Shown here piece after piece: positions 7,077 through 16,323 of a DNA stretch of 21,472 nt. Positions within the stretch are counted from its first letter, which is position 1, and every line of letters starts with the position of its first letter. The stretch lies in IMG/VR virus record IMGVR_UViG_2740892229_000021, one strand, 5' to 3'. The DNA comes from a virus (lineage: Duplodnaviria; Heunggongvirae; Uroviricota; Caudoviricetes). The notes beneath the pieces are model-generated. The model made no database searches, was not told the DNA's origin, and saw nothing but the letters and a program-made list of their open reading frames with translations. The position numbers and the translations under genes are program-made.

Positions 7077-8111
7077 TCAGCCGTTGTCAGTGTCCAGTGA
7101 GTAGTTTTTAAAGCGGATGACCTCCTGACCGAGCCAGCCGTTTATCTCGCGGATCCTGTCCTGTAACGGGATAAGCTCATTGCGGACAAAGACCTTTGCC
7201 ACTTTCTCAATATCACCCAGCGACCCGACGTTCTCCGGCTTGCCGCCCATCAACTGAAAGGGGATGCGGTGCGCGTCCAGCAGGTCAGCGGCGCTGGCTT
7301 TTTTGATATTAAAAAAATCGTCCTTCGTTGCCACTTCACTGAGCGGGATAATTTTAATGCCGTCGGCTTTCCCCTGTGGGGCATAGAGAAACAGATTTTT
7401 AAAATTATTGCGGCCTTTCGACTTCACCATGTTTTCGCGAAGTATTTCGATATCGTTGCGATCCTGCACGGCATCGGTGACGTACATGATGTATCCGGCA
7501 TGCGCGCCGTTTTCGTAATACTTGCGGCGGAACAGCGTGGCCGACTCATTCAGCCAGGCAGAGTTAAGGGCGCTGAGATATTCCGGCAGGCCGTACAGCT
7601 CCTGATTAATATCCGGCTCCAGCAGATGAAACACGGAGCCGGGCGCGAAGGCTGTCGGCTCGTTGAAGGACGGCACCCACCAGTAAACATCCTCCTCCAC
7701 GCCACGGCGGGTATATTTTGCCGGTGAGGTTTCCAGTCTGATGACCTTACCGGTGGTGCTGTAACGCTTTTCCAGAAACGCATTACCGAACACCAGAAAA
7801 TCCAGCACAAAGCGGCTGAAATCCTGCTGGGACAGCCACGGATGCGGGATAAATGTCGAGGCCAGAATATTACGTTTGACGTAAATCGGTGAGCTGTGAT
7901 GCACGGCAGCACGCAGGCTTTTTGCCAGACCGGTAAAGCTGACCGGCGGCTCATACCATCTGCCGTTACTGATGCACTCGACGTAATCCAGAATGTCACG
8001 GCGGTCGAGTACCGGCACCGGCTCACCAAAGGTGAATGCCTCCATTTTCGGGGCGCTGGCGGTCATTTTTTTTGCCGCAGGTTGCGGTGTTTTCCCTTTT
8101 TTCTTACTCAT
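7077..8111 (-). CDS. Q: Portal protein (P2 gpQ-like)
   Basis: 344-aa minus-strand ORF, the size I recall for P2 Q; start overlaps the P stop (ATGA overlap); lies beside cos and is co-oriented with the terminase large subunit. Confidence 0.85.
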   Translation of the reverse strand: MSKKKGKTPQPAAKKMTASAPKMEAFTFGEPVPVLDRRDILDYVECISNGRWYEPPVSFTGLAKSLRAAVHHSSPIYVKRNILASTFIPHPWLSQQDFSRFVLDFLVFGNAFLEKRYSTTGKVIRLETSPAKYTRRGVEEDVYWWVPSFNEPTAFAPGSVFHLLEPDINQELYGLPEYLSALNSAWLNESATLFRRKYYENGAHAGYIMYVTDAVQDRNDIEILRENMVKSKGRNNFKNLFLYAPQGKADGIKIIPLSEVATKDDFFNIKKASAADLLDAHRIPFQLMGGKPENVGSLGDIEKVAKVFVRNELIPLQDRIREINGWLGQEVIRFKNYSLDTDNG

Positions 8112-9883
8112 CAGTAAAACTCCAGAATGGTGGATGTCAGCGGGGTGCTGATACCGGCGGTGAGTGGCTCATTTAACAGGGCGTGCATGGTCGCCCAGGC
8201 GAGGTCGGCGTGGCTGGCTTCCTCGCTGCGGCTGGCCTCATAGGTGGCGCTGCGTCCGCTGCTGGTCATGGTCTTGCGGATAGCCATAAACGAGCTGGTG
8301 ATGTCGGTGGCGCTGACGTCATATTCCAGACAGCCACGGCGGATAACGTCTTTTGCCTTGAGCACCATTGCGGTTTTCATTTCCGGTGTGTAGCGGATAT
8401 CGCGCGCGGCGGGATAGAACGAGCGCACGAGCTGGAACACGCCGACACCGAGGCCGGTGGCATCAATACCGATGTATTCGACGTTGTATTTTTCGGTGAG
8501 TTTGCGGATGGATTCCGCCTGAGTGGCAAAGTCCATGCCTTTCCACTGGTGACGCTCAAGTATTCTGAATTTGCCACCGGCCACCACCGGCGGTGCCAGC
8601 ACCACGCATCCGGCACTGTCGCCACGGTGTGACGGGTCGTAACCAATCCATACCGGGCGGGAGCCGAACGGATTGGCGGCAAACGGTGCATAGTCTTCCC
8701 ATTCTTCCAGCGTGTCGACCATGCAGCGTTGCAGCTCCTCGAACGGGAACACCGACGCCTTGTCGTCAACAAATTCACACATGAACAGGTTTTTAAAATC
8801 GTCGGCGCTGTTTTCGCGTTTAAGCTGCTCAATGTCGAACAATGTGCAGCCGCCTTTCAGGGCGTCCTCAATGGTGACAATCTGCCGCCACTGACCGTCC
8901 GCACAGAGAAGCCCACCGGCAAGGGCATTATGACTGACGTCGATTTCCACGCGTTCGGCGGCGCTGGCGCGTCCCCGGTTGAACAGTTCACCCGACCAGA
9001 ACGGGTAGGCGTCGTGCGCCAGCGTGGACGGGGTGGAGAAATAGGTCGAGCGCAGGTGACTCTGTGAGGCCATACCTGATGCCACCTTACGCAGTACCTG
9101 AAAATTCGGGATCCAGAAAATCTCGTCGACGTACAGGTCGCCGTTATGGCTCTGTGCGGTGTTGGAGTTGGTGCCGAGAAAAATCAGTTTTGCGCCGTTA
9201 TTGCCCAGGACAATCGGGTCACCGGTCAGGTCAACGTCAACCAGCCGGGCAAAGGCGATGATGTATTCGCGGAACACATACGCCTGCGTTTTACTGGCCG
9301 ACAGAAAAATCTGGTTATGACCGGTTTTCAGGGCGCGCAGCAGCGCCTCGCGGGAAAAATAAAACGTCGCGCCAATCTGGCGGGATTTCAGGATATCGCG
9401 GATGCGGTGCTCAAGCCCGGCGCGATACCAGTGCAACTGATATTCGAAAGACTGCTCAAAGAAAATCTGCTCCAGCTTTTCGATAGCCTCGTCGCTGAAA
9501 AAATTCTTTTTCGGTTTGCGACGCCCGCCTTTGTTGCGGTTAGCGATGTTCGGATTAAGGTCTGCCTCGTTGCCGGTCTGGCTGTAGCGGTTTACCCGTG
9601 CCAGTCGTTCAATCTGGCGTCCGAGCAGGTCAATTTCCTTGAAGTCACCGCCGGTTTTCTGCGGTTTGATGATGAGCTGGGTCAGCCGCGCTTCCAGACT
9701 CATTTCGACACGGCTGATGGGAGCAACGCTGTCCCAGCCGTCGCGCTGTTTCCAGCTCTGCACCGTCGGGCGTTTCATCTGCAACATGGCGGCAATCTGC
9801 GGCACGGAAAACCCCTGCCAGTACAGCAGCGCCGCCTGACGACGCGGGTCGTGTAAAAGAGTGGTGTCTGTGGTGATGGTCAT
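8111..9883 (-). CDS. P: Terminase large (ATPase) subunit (P2 gpP-like)
   Basis: Track ORF is 8111-9913; the internal ATG at 9881-9883 is preceded by a GAGG Shine-Dalgarno and gives 590 aa starting MTITTDT. Divergent from the O-N-M head genes as in P2. Confidence 0.85.
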   Translation of the reverse strand: MTITTDTTLLHDPRRQAALLYWQGFSVPQIAAMLQMKRPTVQSWKQRDGWDSVAPISRVEMSLEARLTQLIIKPQKTGGDFKEIDLLGRQIERLARVNRYSQTGNEADLNPNIANRNKGGRRKPKKNFFSDEAIEKLEQIFFEQSFEYQLHWYRAGLEHRIRDILKSRQIGATFYFSREALLRALKTGHNQIFLSASKTQAYVFREYIIAFARLVDVDLTGDPIVLGNNGAKLIFLGTNSNTAQSHNGDLYVDEIFWIPNFQVLRKVASGMASQSHLRSTYFSTPSTLAHDAYPFWSGELFNRGRASAAERVEIDVSHNALAGGLLCADGQWRQIVTIEDALKGGCTLFDIEQLKRENSADDFKNLFMCEFVDDKASVFPFEELQRCMVDTLEEWEDYAPFAANPFGSRPVWIGYDPSHRGDSAGCVVLAPPVVAGGKFRILERHQWKGMDFATQAESIRKLTEKYNVEYIGIDATGLGVGVFQLVRSFYPAARDIRYTPEMKTAMVLKAKDVIRRGCLEYDVSATDITSSFMAIRKTMTSSGRSATYEASRSEEASHADLAWATMHALLNEPLTAGISTPLTSTILEFY

Positions 9884-10056
9884 GAATACCTCGCCGTGAT
9901 GAATACACGGCAAGGCTACTGAGTCGCGTCCCGCGATTCGCTAAGGTGCTGTTGTGTCAGTGATAAGCCATCCGGGACTGATGGCGGAGGATGCGCATCG
10001 TCGGGAAACTGATGCCGACATGTGACTCCTCTAATCACTATTCAGGACTCCTGACA
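9884..10056. promoter_or_regulatory. Divergent late promoter region (P and O operons)
   Basis: 173-bp non-coding spacer between the divergent P and O starts; contains short inverted repeats (CCATC-N7-GATGG at 9968-9984; GTGA/TCAC around 10022-10038). Called by position; the activator-site consensus was not cleanly matched. Confidence 0.4.
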
Positions 10057-10911
10057 ATGGCAAAAAAAGTCTCAAAATTCTTTCGTATCGGCGTTGAGGG
10101 TGACACCTGTGACGGGCGTGTCATCAGTGCGCAGGATATTCAGGAAATGGCCGAAACCTTTGACCCGCGAGTCTATGGTTGCCGCATTAACCTGGAACAT
10201 CTGCGCGGCATCCTGCCTGACGGTATTTTTAAGCGTTATGGCGATGTGGCCGAACTGAAGGCCGAAAAGATTGACGATGATTCGGCGCTGAAAGGCAAAT
10301 GGGCGCTGTTTGCGAAAATCACCCCGACCGATGACCTTATCGCGATGAACAAGGCCGCGCAGAAGGTCTATACCTCAATGGAAATTCAGCCGAACTTTGC
10401 CAATACCGGCAAATGTTATCTGGTGGGTCTGGCCGTCACCGATGACCCGGCAAGCCTCGGCACGGAATACCTGGAATTCTGCCGCACGGCAAAACACAAC
10501 CCCCTGAACCGCTTCAAATTAAGCCCTGAAAACCTGATTTCAGTGGCAACGCCCGTTGAGCTGGAATTTGAAGACCTGCCTGAAACCGTGTTCACCGCCC
10601 TGACCGAAAAGGTGAAGTCCATTTTTGGCCGCAAACAGGCCAGCGATGACGCCCGTCTGAATGACGTGCATGAAGCGGTGACCGCTGTTGCTGAACATGT
10701 GCAGGAAAAACTGAGCGCCACTGAGCAGCGCCTCGCTGAGATGGAAACCGCTTTTTCCGCACTTAAGCAGGAGGTGACTGACAGGGCGGATGAAACCAGC
10801 CAGGCATTCACCCGCCTGAAAAACAGTCTCGACCACACCGAAAGTCTGACCCAGCAGCGCCGCAGCAAGGCCACCGGTGGTGGCGGTGACGCCCTGATGA
10901 CGAACTGCTGA
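10057..10911 (+). CDS. O: Capsid scaffolding protein (P2 gpO-like)
   Basis: Track ORF starts at 9991; the internal ATG at 10057 (MAKKVSKFF) gives 284 aa. The C-terminal half is predicted coiled-coil-like (LSATEQRLAEMETAFSALKQEV); it is directly upstream of the major capsid gene. Confidence 0.8.
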   Translation: MAKKVSKFFRIGVEGDTCDGRVISAQDIQEMAETFDPRVYGCRINLEHLRGILPDGIFKRYGDVAELKAEKIDDDSALKGKWALFAKITPTDDLIAMNKAAQKVYTSMEIQPNFANTGKCYLVGLAVTDDPASLGTEYLEFCRTAKHNPLNRFKLSPENLISVATPVELEFEDLPETVFTALTEKVKSIFGRKQASDDARLNDVHEAVTAVAEHVQEKLSATEQRLAEMETAFSALKQEVTDRADETSQAFTRLKNSLDHTESLTQQRRSKATGGGGDALMTNC

Positions 10912-10969
10912 CCGGCGTCAGTCAGTCCGGGAAAACCTTCACGATTAACCCTTAATTTCAGGAAAAACT

Positions 10970-12043
10970 ATGCGCCAGGAAACCCGCTTTAAATTTAATG
11001 CCTACCTGTCCCGTGTTGCCGAACTGAACGGCATCGACGCCGGTGATGTGTCGAAAAAATTCACCGTTGAACCGTCGGTCACCCAGACCCTGATGAACAC
11101 CATGCAGGAGTCCTCTGACTTTCTGACCCGCATCAACATTGTGCCGGTCAGCGAAATGAAAGGGGAAAAAATTGGCATCGGTGTCACCGGCTCCATCGCC
11201 AGCACCACCGACACCGCCGGTGGCACCGAGCGTCAGCCGAAGGACTTCTCGAAGCTGGCGTCCAGTAAGTACGAATGCGACCAGATTAACTTCGATTTTT
11301 ATATCCGCTACAAAACGCTGGACCTGTGGGCGCGTTATCAGGATTTCCAGCTCCGTGTCCGTAACGCCATTATCAAACGCCAGTCCCTTGATTTAATCAT
11401 GGCCGGTTTTAACGGCGTGAGGCGTGCCGAAACCTCTGACCGCAGCAGCAATCCGATGCTGCAGGATGTGACGGTCGGCTGGCTGCAGAAATACCGCAAT
11501 GAAGCCCCGGCGCGCGTGATGAGCAAGGTCACTGACGAGGAAGGGCACACCACCTCTGAGGTTATCCGCGTGGGTAAGGGCGGTGATTATGCCAGCCTTG
11601 ACGCACTGGTGATGGATGCGACCAACAACCTGATTGAGCCGTGGTATCAGGAAGACCCTGACCTTGTGGTGATTGTGGGACGTCAGCTACTGGCGGACAA
11701 GTATTTTCCCATCGTCAACAAAGAGCAGGACAACAGCGAAATGCTGGCCGCTGACGTCATCATCAGCCAGAAACGCATCGGTAACCTGCCGGCGGTACGC
11801 GTCCCGTACTTCCCGGCGGATGCGATGCTCATCACAAAGCTGGAAAACCTGTCCATCTACTACATGGATGACAGCCATCGCCGCGTGATTGAGGAAAACC
11901 CGAAACTCGACCGCGTGGAGAACTACGAGTCAATGAACATTGATTACGTGGTGGAAGACTACGCCGCCGGTTGTCTGGTGGAAAAAATTAAGGTCGGTGA
12001 TTTCTCCACACTGGCTAAAGCGACCGCAGAGCCGGGAGCGTAA
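10970..12043 (+). CDS. N: Major capsid protein (P2 gpN-like)
   Basis: 357-aa ORF with AGGAAA Shine-Dalgarno; position and size match the P2 O-N-M order. Confidence 0.85.
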   Translation: MRQETRFKFNAYLSRVAELNGIDAGDVSKKFTVEPSVTQTLMNTMQESSDFLTRINIVPVSEMKGEKIGIGVTGSIASTTDTAGGTERQPKDFSKLASSKYECDQINFDFYIRYKTLDLWARYQDFQLRVRNAIIKRQSLDLIMAGFNGVRRAETSDRSSNPMLQDVTVGWLQKYRNEAPARVMSKVTDEEGHTTSEVIRVGKGGDYASLDALVMDATNNLIEPWYQEDPDLVVIVGRQLLADKYFPIVNKEQDNSEMLAADVIISQKRIGNLPAVRVPYFPADAMLITKLENLSIYYMDDSHRRVIEENPKLDRVENYESMNIDYVVEDYAAGCLVEKIKVGDFSTLAKATAEPGA

Positions 12044-12046
12044 CCG

Positions 12047-12790
12047 ATGACGAGTCCCGCACAGCGCCACATGATGCGGGTCTCGGCAGCGATGACCGCG
12101 CAGCGGGAAGCCGCCCCGCTGCGACATGCAACTGTCTATGAGCAGATGCTGGTTAAGCTCGCCGCAGACCAGCGCACACTGAAAGCGATTTATTCAAAAG
12201 AGCTGAAGGCCGCGAAAAAACGCGAACTGCTGCCGTTCTGGTTGCCGTGGGTGAACGGCGTGCTGGAGCAGGGCAAAGGTGCACAGGATGACATTCTGAT
12301 GACGGTCATGCTGTGGCGTCTGGATACCGGCGATATTGCCGGTGCGCTGGAGATTGCCCGTTATGCCCTGAAGTACGGTCTGACCATGCCGGGTAAACAC
12401 CGCCGTACCCCGCCGTACATGTTCACCGAGGAGGTAGCGCTTGCGGCCATGCGCGCTCACGCTGCCGGTGAGTCTGTGGATACCCGCCTGCTGACGGAGA
12501 CCCTTGAACTGACCGCCACGGCTGACATGCCTGATGAAGTGCGCGCAAAGCTGCACAAAATTACCGGTCTGTTTCTGCGTGACGGTGGTGATGCCGCCGG
12601 TGCGCTGGCGCACCTGCAACGTGCGACACAGCTCGACTGTCAGGCAGGCGTCAAAAAAGAGATTGAACGACTGGAGCGGGAGCTGAAACCGAAGCCGGAG
12701 CCGCAGCCAAAAGCGGCCACCCGTGCCCCGCGTAAGACCCGGAGCGTGACACCGGCAAAACGTGGACGCCCGAAAAAGAAAGCCAGTTAA
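12047..12790 (+). CDS. M: Terminase small / endonuclease subunit (P2 gpM-like)
   Basis: 247-aa ORF immediately after N with GGGAG Shine-Dalgarno; basic Lys/Arg/Pro-rich C-terminal tail; synteny with P2 M. Confidence 0.8.
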   Translation: MTSPAQRHMMRVSAAMTAQREAAPLRHATVYEQMLVKLAADQRTLKAIYSKELKAAKKRELLPFWLPWVNGVLEQGKGAQDDILMTVMLWRLDTGDIAGALEIARYALKYGLTMPGKHRRTPPYMFTEEVALAAMRAHAAGESVDTRLLTETLELTATADMPDEVRAKLHKITGLFLRDGGDAAGALAHLQRATQLDCQAGVKKEIERLERELKPKPEPQPKAATRAPRKTRSVTPAKRGRPKKKAS

Positions 12791-12889
12791 CAACCGAATG
12801 CGCCCCGCGCCAGGGCGGCACGCCGGTCAGTGAGGGTGAATCACCTGACACTGCACCGGCGTCCACCGCCCGACTTTTCAGAGGTAGTC

Positions 12890-13399
12890 ATGATGACGCT
12901 GATTATTCCGCGAAAGGAGGCTCCCGTGTCCGGTGAGGGTACGGTGGTCATCCCGCAACCGGCAGGCGACGAGCCGGTGATTAAAAACACGTTCTTTTTT
13001 CCCGATATCGACCCGAAGCGCGTCCGGGAACGTATGCGCCTTGAGCAGACCGTCGCCCCCGCCCGTCTGCGTGAGGCCATCAAGTCAGGCATGGCTGAAA
13101 CGAATGCGGAGCTGTACGAGTACCGCGAACAGAAAATTGCCGCCGGTTTTACGCGTCTGGCGGACGTCCCGGCGGACGACATCGACGGTGAAAGCATCAA
13201 AGTTTTTTACTACGAGCGCGCCGTGTGTGCGATGGCGACCGCGTCGCTTTATGAGCGTTATCGCGGCGTGGATGCCAGTGCGAAAGGCGACAAGAAGGCT
13301 GACAGCATTGACAGCACCATTGATGAACTGTGGCGGGATATGCGCTGGGCGGTGGCGCGTATCCAGGACAAGCCACGCTGCATCGTGAGTCAAATCTGA
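12890..13399 (+). CDS. L: Head completion / stabilisation protein (P2 gpL-like)
   Basis: Track ORF starts at 12830; the ATG at 12890 is preceded by a GAGG Shine-Dalgarno and gives 169 aa; its stop overlaps the X start (TGATG). Confidence 0.8.
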   Translation: MMTLIIPRKEAPVSGEGTVVIPQPAGDEPVIKNTFFFPDIDPKRVRERMRLEQTVAPARLREAIKSGMAETNAELYEYREQKIAAGFTRLADVPADDIDGESIKVFYYERAVCAMATASLYERYRGVDASAKGDKKADSIDSTIDELWRDMRWAVARIQDKPRCIVSQI

Positions 13400-13602
13400 T
13401 GAAGACCTTTGCGCTACAGGGCGACACGCTCGACGCCATTTGTGTCCGGTATTACGGGCGCACTGAGGGCGTGGTTGAGACCGTGCTCGCCGCAAATCCG
13501 GGACTGGCTGAACTGGGTGCGGTGCTGCCACACGGCACCGCCGTCGAACTGCCCGACGTTCAGACCGCGCCCGTGGCTGAAACTGTCAATCTGTGGGAGT
13601 AA
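13399..13602 (+). CDS. X: Tail protein X (P2 gpX-like)
   Basis: 67-aa ORF starting MKTFALQGDTLDAICVRYYG, embedded in track ORF 13330-13602; coupled to the L stop; precedes the holin as in P2. Confidence 0.75.
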   Translation: MKTFALQGDTLDAICVRYYGRTEGVVETVLAANPGLAELGAVLPHGTAVELPDVQTAPVAETVNLWE

Positions 13603-13605
13603 CGC

Positions 13606-13887
13606 ATGACAGCAGAAGAAAAAAGCGTCCTGTCGCTTTTCATGATTGGGGTGCTGATTGTTGTCGGCAAGGTGCTTGCCGGTGGTGAACCCATCACCCC
13701 GCGTCTGTTTATCGGGCGCATGTTGCTCGGTGGTTTTGTCTCGATGGTTGCCGGTGTTGTTCTGGTGCAGTTTCCTGACCTGTCACTGCCTGCGGTGTGC
13801 GGCATCGGCTCCATGCTGGGTATCGCCGGTTATCAGGTGATTGAGATTGCCATTCAGCGCCGCTTTAAGGGCAGGGGGAAACCGTAA
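13606..13887 (+). CDS. Y: Holin (P2 gpY-like)
   Basis: 93-aa ORF with hydrophobic stretches that look like transmembrane segments and a charged C-terminus (RRFKGRGKP); immediately upstream of the endolysin. Confidence 0.85.
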   Translation: MTAEEKSVLSLFMIGVLIVVGKVLAGGEPITPRLFIGRMLLGGFVSMVAGVVLVQFPDLSLPAVCGIGSMLGIAGYQVIEIAIQRRFKGRGKP

Positions 13888-14384
13888 TGCCGGTAATTAA
13901 CACGCATCAGAATATCGCCGCCTTTCTCGACATGCTGGCCGTGTCCGAAGGGACGGCGAACCATCCGCTGACGAAAAACCGGGGCTATGACGTGATAGTC
14001 ACCGGACTGGATGGAAAGCCGGAAATCTTCACCGACTACAGTGACCACCCGTTCGCACATGGTCGACCGGCGAAGGTGTTTAACCGTCGCGGTGAAAAAT
14101 CCACGGCCTCCGGTCGCTATCAGCAGCTTTACCTGTTCTGGCCGCATTACCGCAAACAGCTTGCCCTGCCGGATTTCAGTCCGTTGTCACAGGACAGACT
14201 CGCCATTCAGTTGATCCGCGAACGCGGTGCGCTGGATGACATCCGGGCGGGACGCATTGAGCGCGCCATTTCACGCTGTCGCAATATCTGGGCGTCCCTG
14301 CCGGGTGCCGGTTACGGTCAGCGTGAGCATTCACTGGAAAAACTGGTCACCGTCTGGCGTACCGCTGGCGGCGTACCGGCTTAA
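13887..14384 (+). CDS. K: Endolysin (P2 gpK-like lysozyme / transglycosylase)
   Basis: 165-aa ORF whose start overlaps the holin stop (TAATG); position in the lysis cassette; function assigned by synteny and size. Confidence 0.8.
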   Translation: MPVINTHQNIAAFLDMLAVSEGTANHPLTKNRGYDVIVTGLDGKPEIFTDYSDHPFAHGRPAKVFNRRGEKSTASGRYQQLYLFWPHYRKQLALPDFSPLSQDRLAIQLIRERGALDDIRAGRIERAISRCRNIWASLPGAGYGQREHSLEKLVTVWRTAGGVPA

Positions 14385-14398
14385 ACGGAGTAAACACC

Positions 14399-14824
14399 AT
14401 GAAGAAATTATCCCTTTCACTGATGCTGAACGTGTCGCTGGCGCTGATGCTGGCACTGTCCCTGATTTACCCGCAGAGCGTGGCCGTCAGTTTTGTCGCC
14501 GCCTGGGCGATTCTGGCGACGGTTATCTGTGTGGTTGCCGGTGGTGTCGGCGTGTATGCCACAGAGTATGTACTGGAACGCTACGGGCGGGAGCTGCCGC
14601 CGGAATCGCTGGCCGTGAAGATTGTCACGGCGCTGTTTTTGCAGCCGGTGCCGTGGCGCAGGCGGTCAGTGGCTCTGGTAGTGATGGTGGCGACGTTTAT
14701 CTCGCTGGTCGCTGCCGGGTGGATTTTTACTGCGCTGATTTACCTCGTGGCGTCGCTGTTCTTCCGGCTGATACGTACGGCCTGCCGTCAGCGTTTTGAG
14801 GGGCGGGAACCATGTCAAAACTGA
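14399..14824 (+). CDS. lysA: Lysis regulatory membrane protein (P2 LysA-like)
   Basis: 141-aa ORF with several long hydrophobic segments that look like transmembrane helices; follows the endolysin. Confidence 0.7.
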   Translation: MKKLSLSLMLNVSLALMLALSLIYPQSVAVSFVAAWAILATVICVVAGGVGVYATEYVLERYGRELPPESLAVKIVTALFLQPVPWRRRSVALVVMVATFISLVAAGWIFTALIYLVASLFFRLIRTACRQRFEGREPCQN

Positions 14825-15237
14825 TGATTGTGCTGGTTGTGTTGTTATCACTGGCGGTGGCGGGGCTGTTTCTGGCGAAGCATGAAAACGCCAGCCTGCG
14901 CGCCTCGCTGGACAGGGCAAACAATGTCGCCAGCGGGCAGCAGATGACCATCACCATGCTGAAAAAACAGTTTCATGTTGCGCTCACCAGGGCAGATAAA
15001 AACGAGCTGGCGCAGGTTGCACTGCGTCAGGAACTGGAAAACGCCGCGAAGCGTGAAGCACAGCGCGAGAAAACCATCACGAGGTTACTGAATGAAAACG
15101 AAGATTTTCGCCGCTGGTACGGCGCTGACCTGCCTGATGCTGTGCGCCGGTTGCACCAGCGCCCGGCCTGCACTGACGCCAGTGATTGTCCACAACGCCT
15201 GCCCGAAAGTGAGCCTTTGCCCGATGCCGGGCAGTGA
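14812..15237 (+). CDS. lysB: i-spanin (Rz-like, P2 LysB-like)
   Basis: 141-aa ORF with a hydrophobic N-terminal segment (MSKLMIVLVVLLSLAVAGLFLA) followed by a charged, helical-looking region; overlaps lysA by 13 nt. Confidence 0.75.
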   Translation: MSKLMIVLVVLLSLAVAGLFLAKHENASLRASLDRANNVASGQQMTITMLKKQFHVALTRADKNELAQVALRQELENAAKREAQREKTITRLLNENEDFRRWYGADLPDAVRRLHQRPACTDASDCPQRLPESEPLPDAGQ

Positions 15238-15382
15238 CCCGGAGACGAACGGTGATTTAAGTGCCGATATCCGGCAGCTTGAGAACGCGCTGGCACGCTG
15301 TGCCAGCCAGGTAAAAATGATTAAACACTGTCAGGACGAAAACGATGCTCAAACCCGACAGCCTGCGCAGGGCGCTGACTGA
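15092..15382 (+). CDS. lysC: o-spanin lipoprotein (Rz1-like, P2 LysC-like)
   Basis: 96-aa ORF in a different frame that starts inside lysB and runs past its stop; signal peptide with a lipobox (LMLCAGC). Confidence 0.75.
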   Translation: MKTKIFAAGTALTCLMLCAGCTSARPALTPVIVHNACPKVSLCPMPGSDPETNGDLSADIRQLENALARCASQVKMIKHCQDENDAQTRQPAQGAD

Positions 15383-15812
15383 TGCCGTCACGGTGCTGAA
15401 AACCAGTCCCGAGATGCTACGGATATTCGTGGATAACGGGAGTATTGCCTCCACACTGGCGACGTCGCTGTCATTTGAAAAGCGTTACACGCTCAATGTC
15501 ATTGTGACCGACTTTACCGGTGATTTTGACCTGCTCATCGTGCCGGTGCTGGCGTGGCTGCGGGAAAATCAGCCCGACATCATGACCACTGACGAAGGCC
15601 AGAAAAAGGGCTTCACGTTTTATGCAGACATCAACAATGACAGCAGCTTTGATATCAGCATCAGCCTGATGCTGACCGAGCGCACGCTGGTCAGTGAGGT
15701 GGACGGCGCGCTGCATGTGAAGAATATCCCGGAACCCACGCCGCCGGAGCCGGTCACCCGCCCGATGGAGCTTTATATCAATGGCGAACTGGTGAGCAAG
15801 TGGGATGAATGA
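15345..15812 (+). CDS. R: Tail completion protein (P2 gpR-like)
   Basis: 155-aa ORF; synteny after the lysis cassette; overlaps lysC 3' end and S 5' end. Confidence 0.8.
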   Translation: MLKPDSLRRALTDAVTVLKTSPEMLRIFVDNGSIASTLATSLSFEKRYTLNVIVTDFTGDFDLLIVPVLAWLRENQPDIMTTDEGQKKGFTFYADINNDSSFDISISLMLTERTLVSEVDGALHVKNIPEPTPPEPVTRPMELYINGELVSKWDE

Positions 15813-16257
15813 GTTTAAGCGTTTTGAAGACCGGCTGACCGGACTGATTGAGTCGCTGTCACCGTCAGGGCGTCGGCGACTGAGTGCCGAACTGGCGAAA
15901 CGTCTGCGGCAGAGTCAGCAGCGTCGGGTGATGGCACAGAAAGCCCCGGACGGCACACCCTACGCGCCACGCCAGCAGCAGAGCGCCAGAAAAAAGACCG
16001 GTCGTGTTAAGCGAAAAATGTTTGCGAAACTTATCACCAGTCGTTTTTTGCATATCCGCGCCAGCCCTGAACAGGCATCAATGGAGTTTTACGGCGGGAA
16101 GTCACCGAAAATCGCCAGTGTGCATCAGTTTGGTCTGTCGGAAGAAAACCGGAAAGACGGTAAGAAAATTGATTATCCGGCGCGTCCTCTGCTCGGCTTT
16201 ACCGGTGAGGATGTGCAGATGATTGAAGAGATTATCCTGGCTCACCTCGACCGTTAG
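15805..16257 (+). CDS. S: Tail completion / virion morphogenesis protein (P2 gpS-like)
   Basis: 150-aa ORF overlapping the R stop; last gene before the V operon. Confidence 0.8.
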   Translation: MNEFKRFEDRLTGLIESLSPSGRRRLSAELAKRLRQSQQRRVMAQKAPDGTPYAPRQQQSARKKTGRVKRKMFAKLITSRFLHIRASPEQASMEFYGGKSPKIASVHQFGLSEENRKDGKKIDYPARPLLGFTGEDVQMIEEIILAHLDR

Positions 16258-16323
16258 TTGTGCCATTCCCGACACCTCATCGTCACATTGCCGCCGGTAT
16301 GACCCGGCGGCATCCTTCCCGTT

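Noticed and set aside
7269-9856. Multiple plus-strand ORFs (for example 7269-7727, 8183-8632, 8729-9067, 9146-9856) opposite Q and P
   Set aside because: Antisense shadow ORFs within the long, syntenic Q and P genes; their products are Arg/Gly/Ala-rich as expected from GC-rich antisense frames.
10416-13531. Minus-strand ORFs inside O, N, M and L (for example 10416-10874, 12194-12793, 13085-13531)
   Set aside because: Embedded antisense frames in a tightly packed, co-directional late operon with coupled gene junctions; no room for or evidence of opposite-strand genes.
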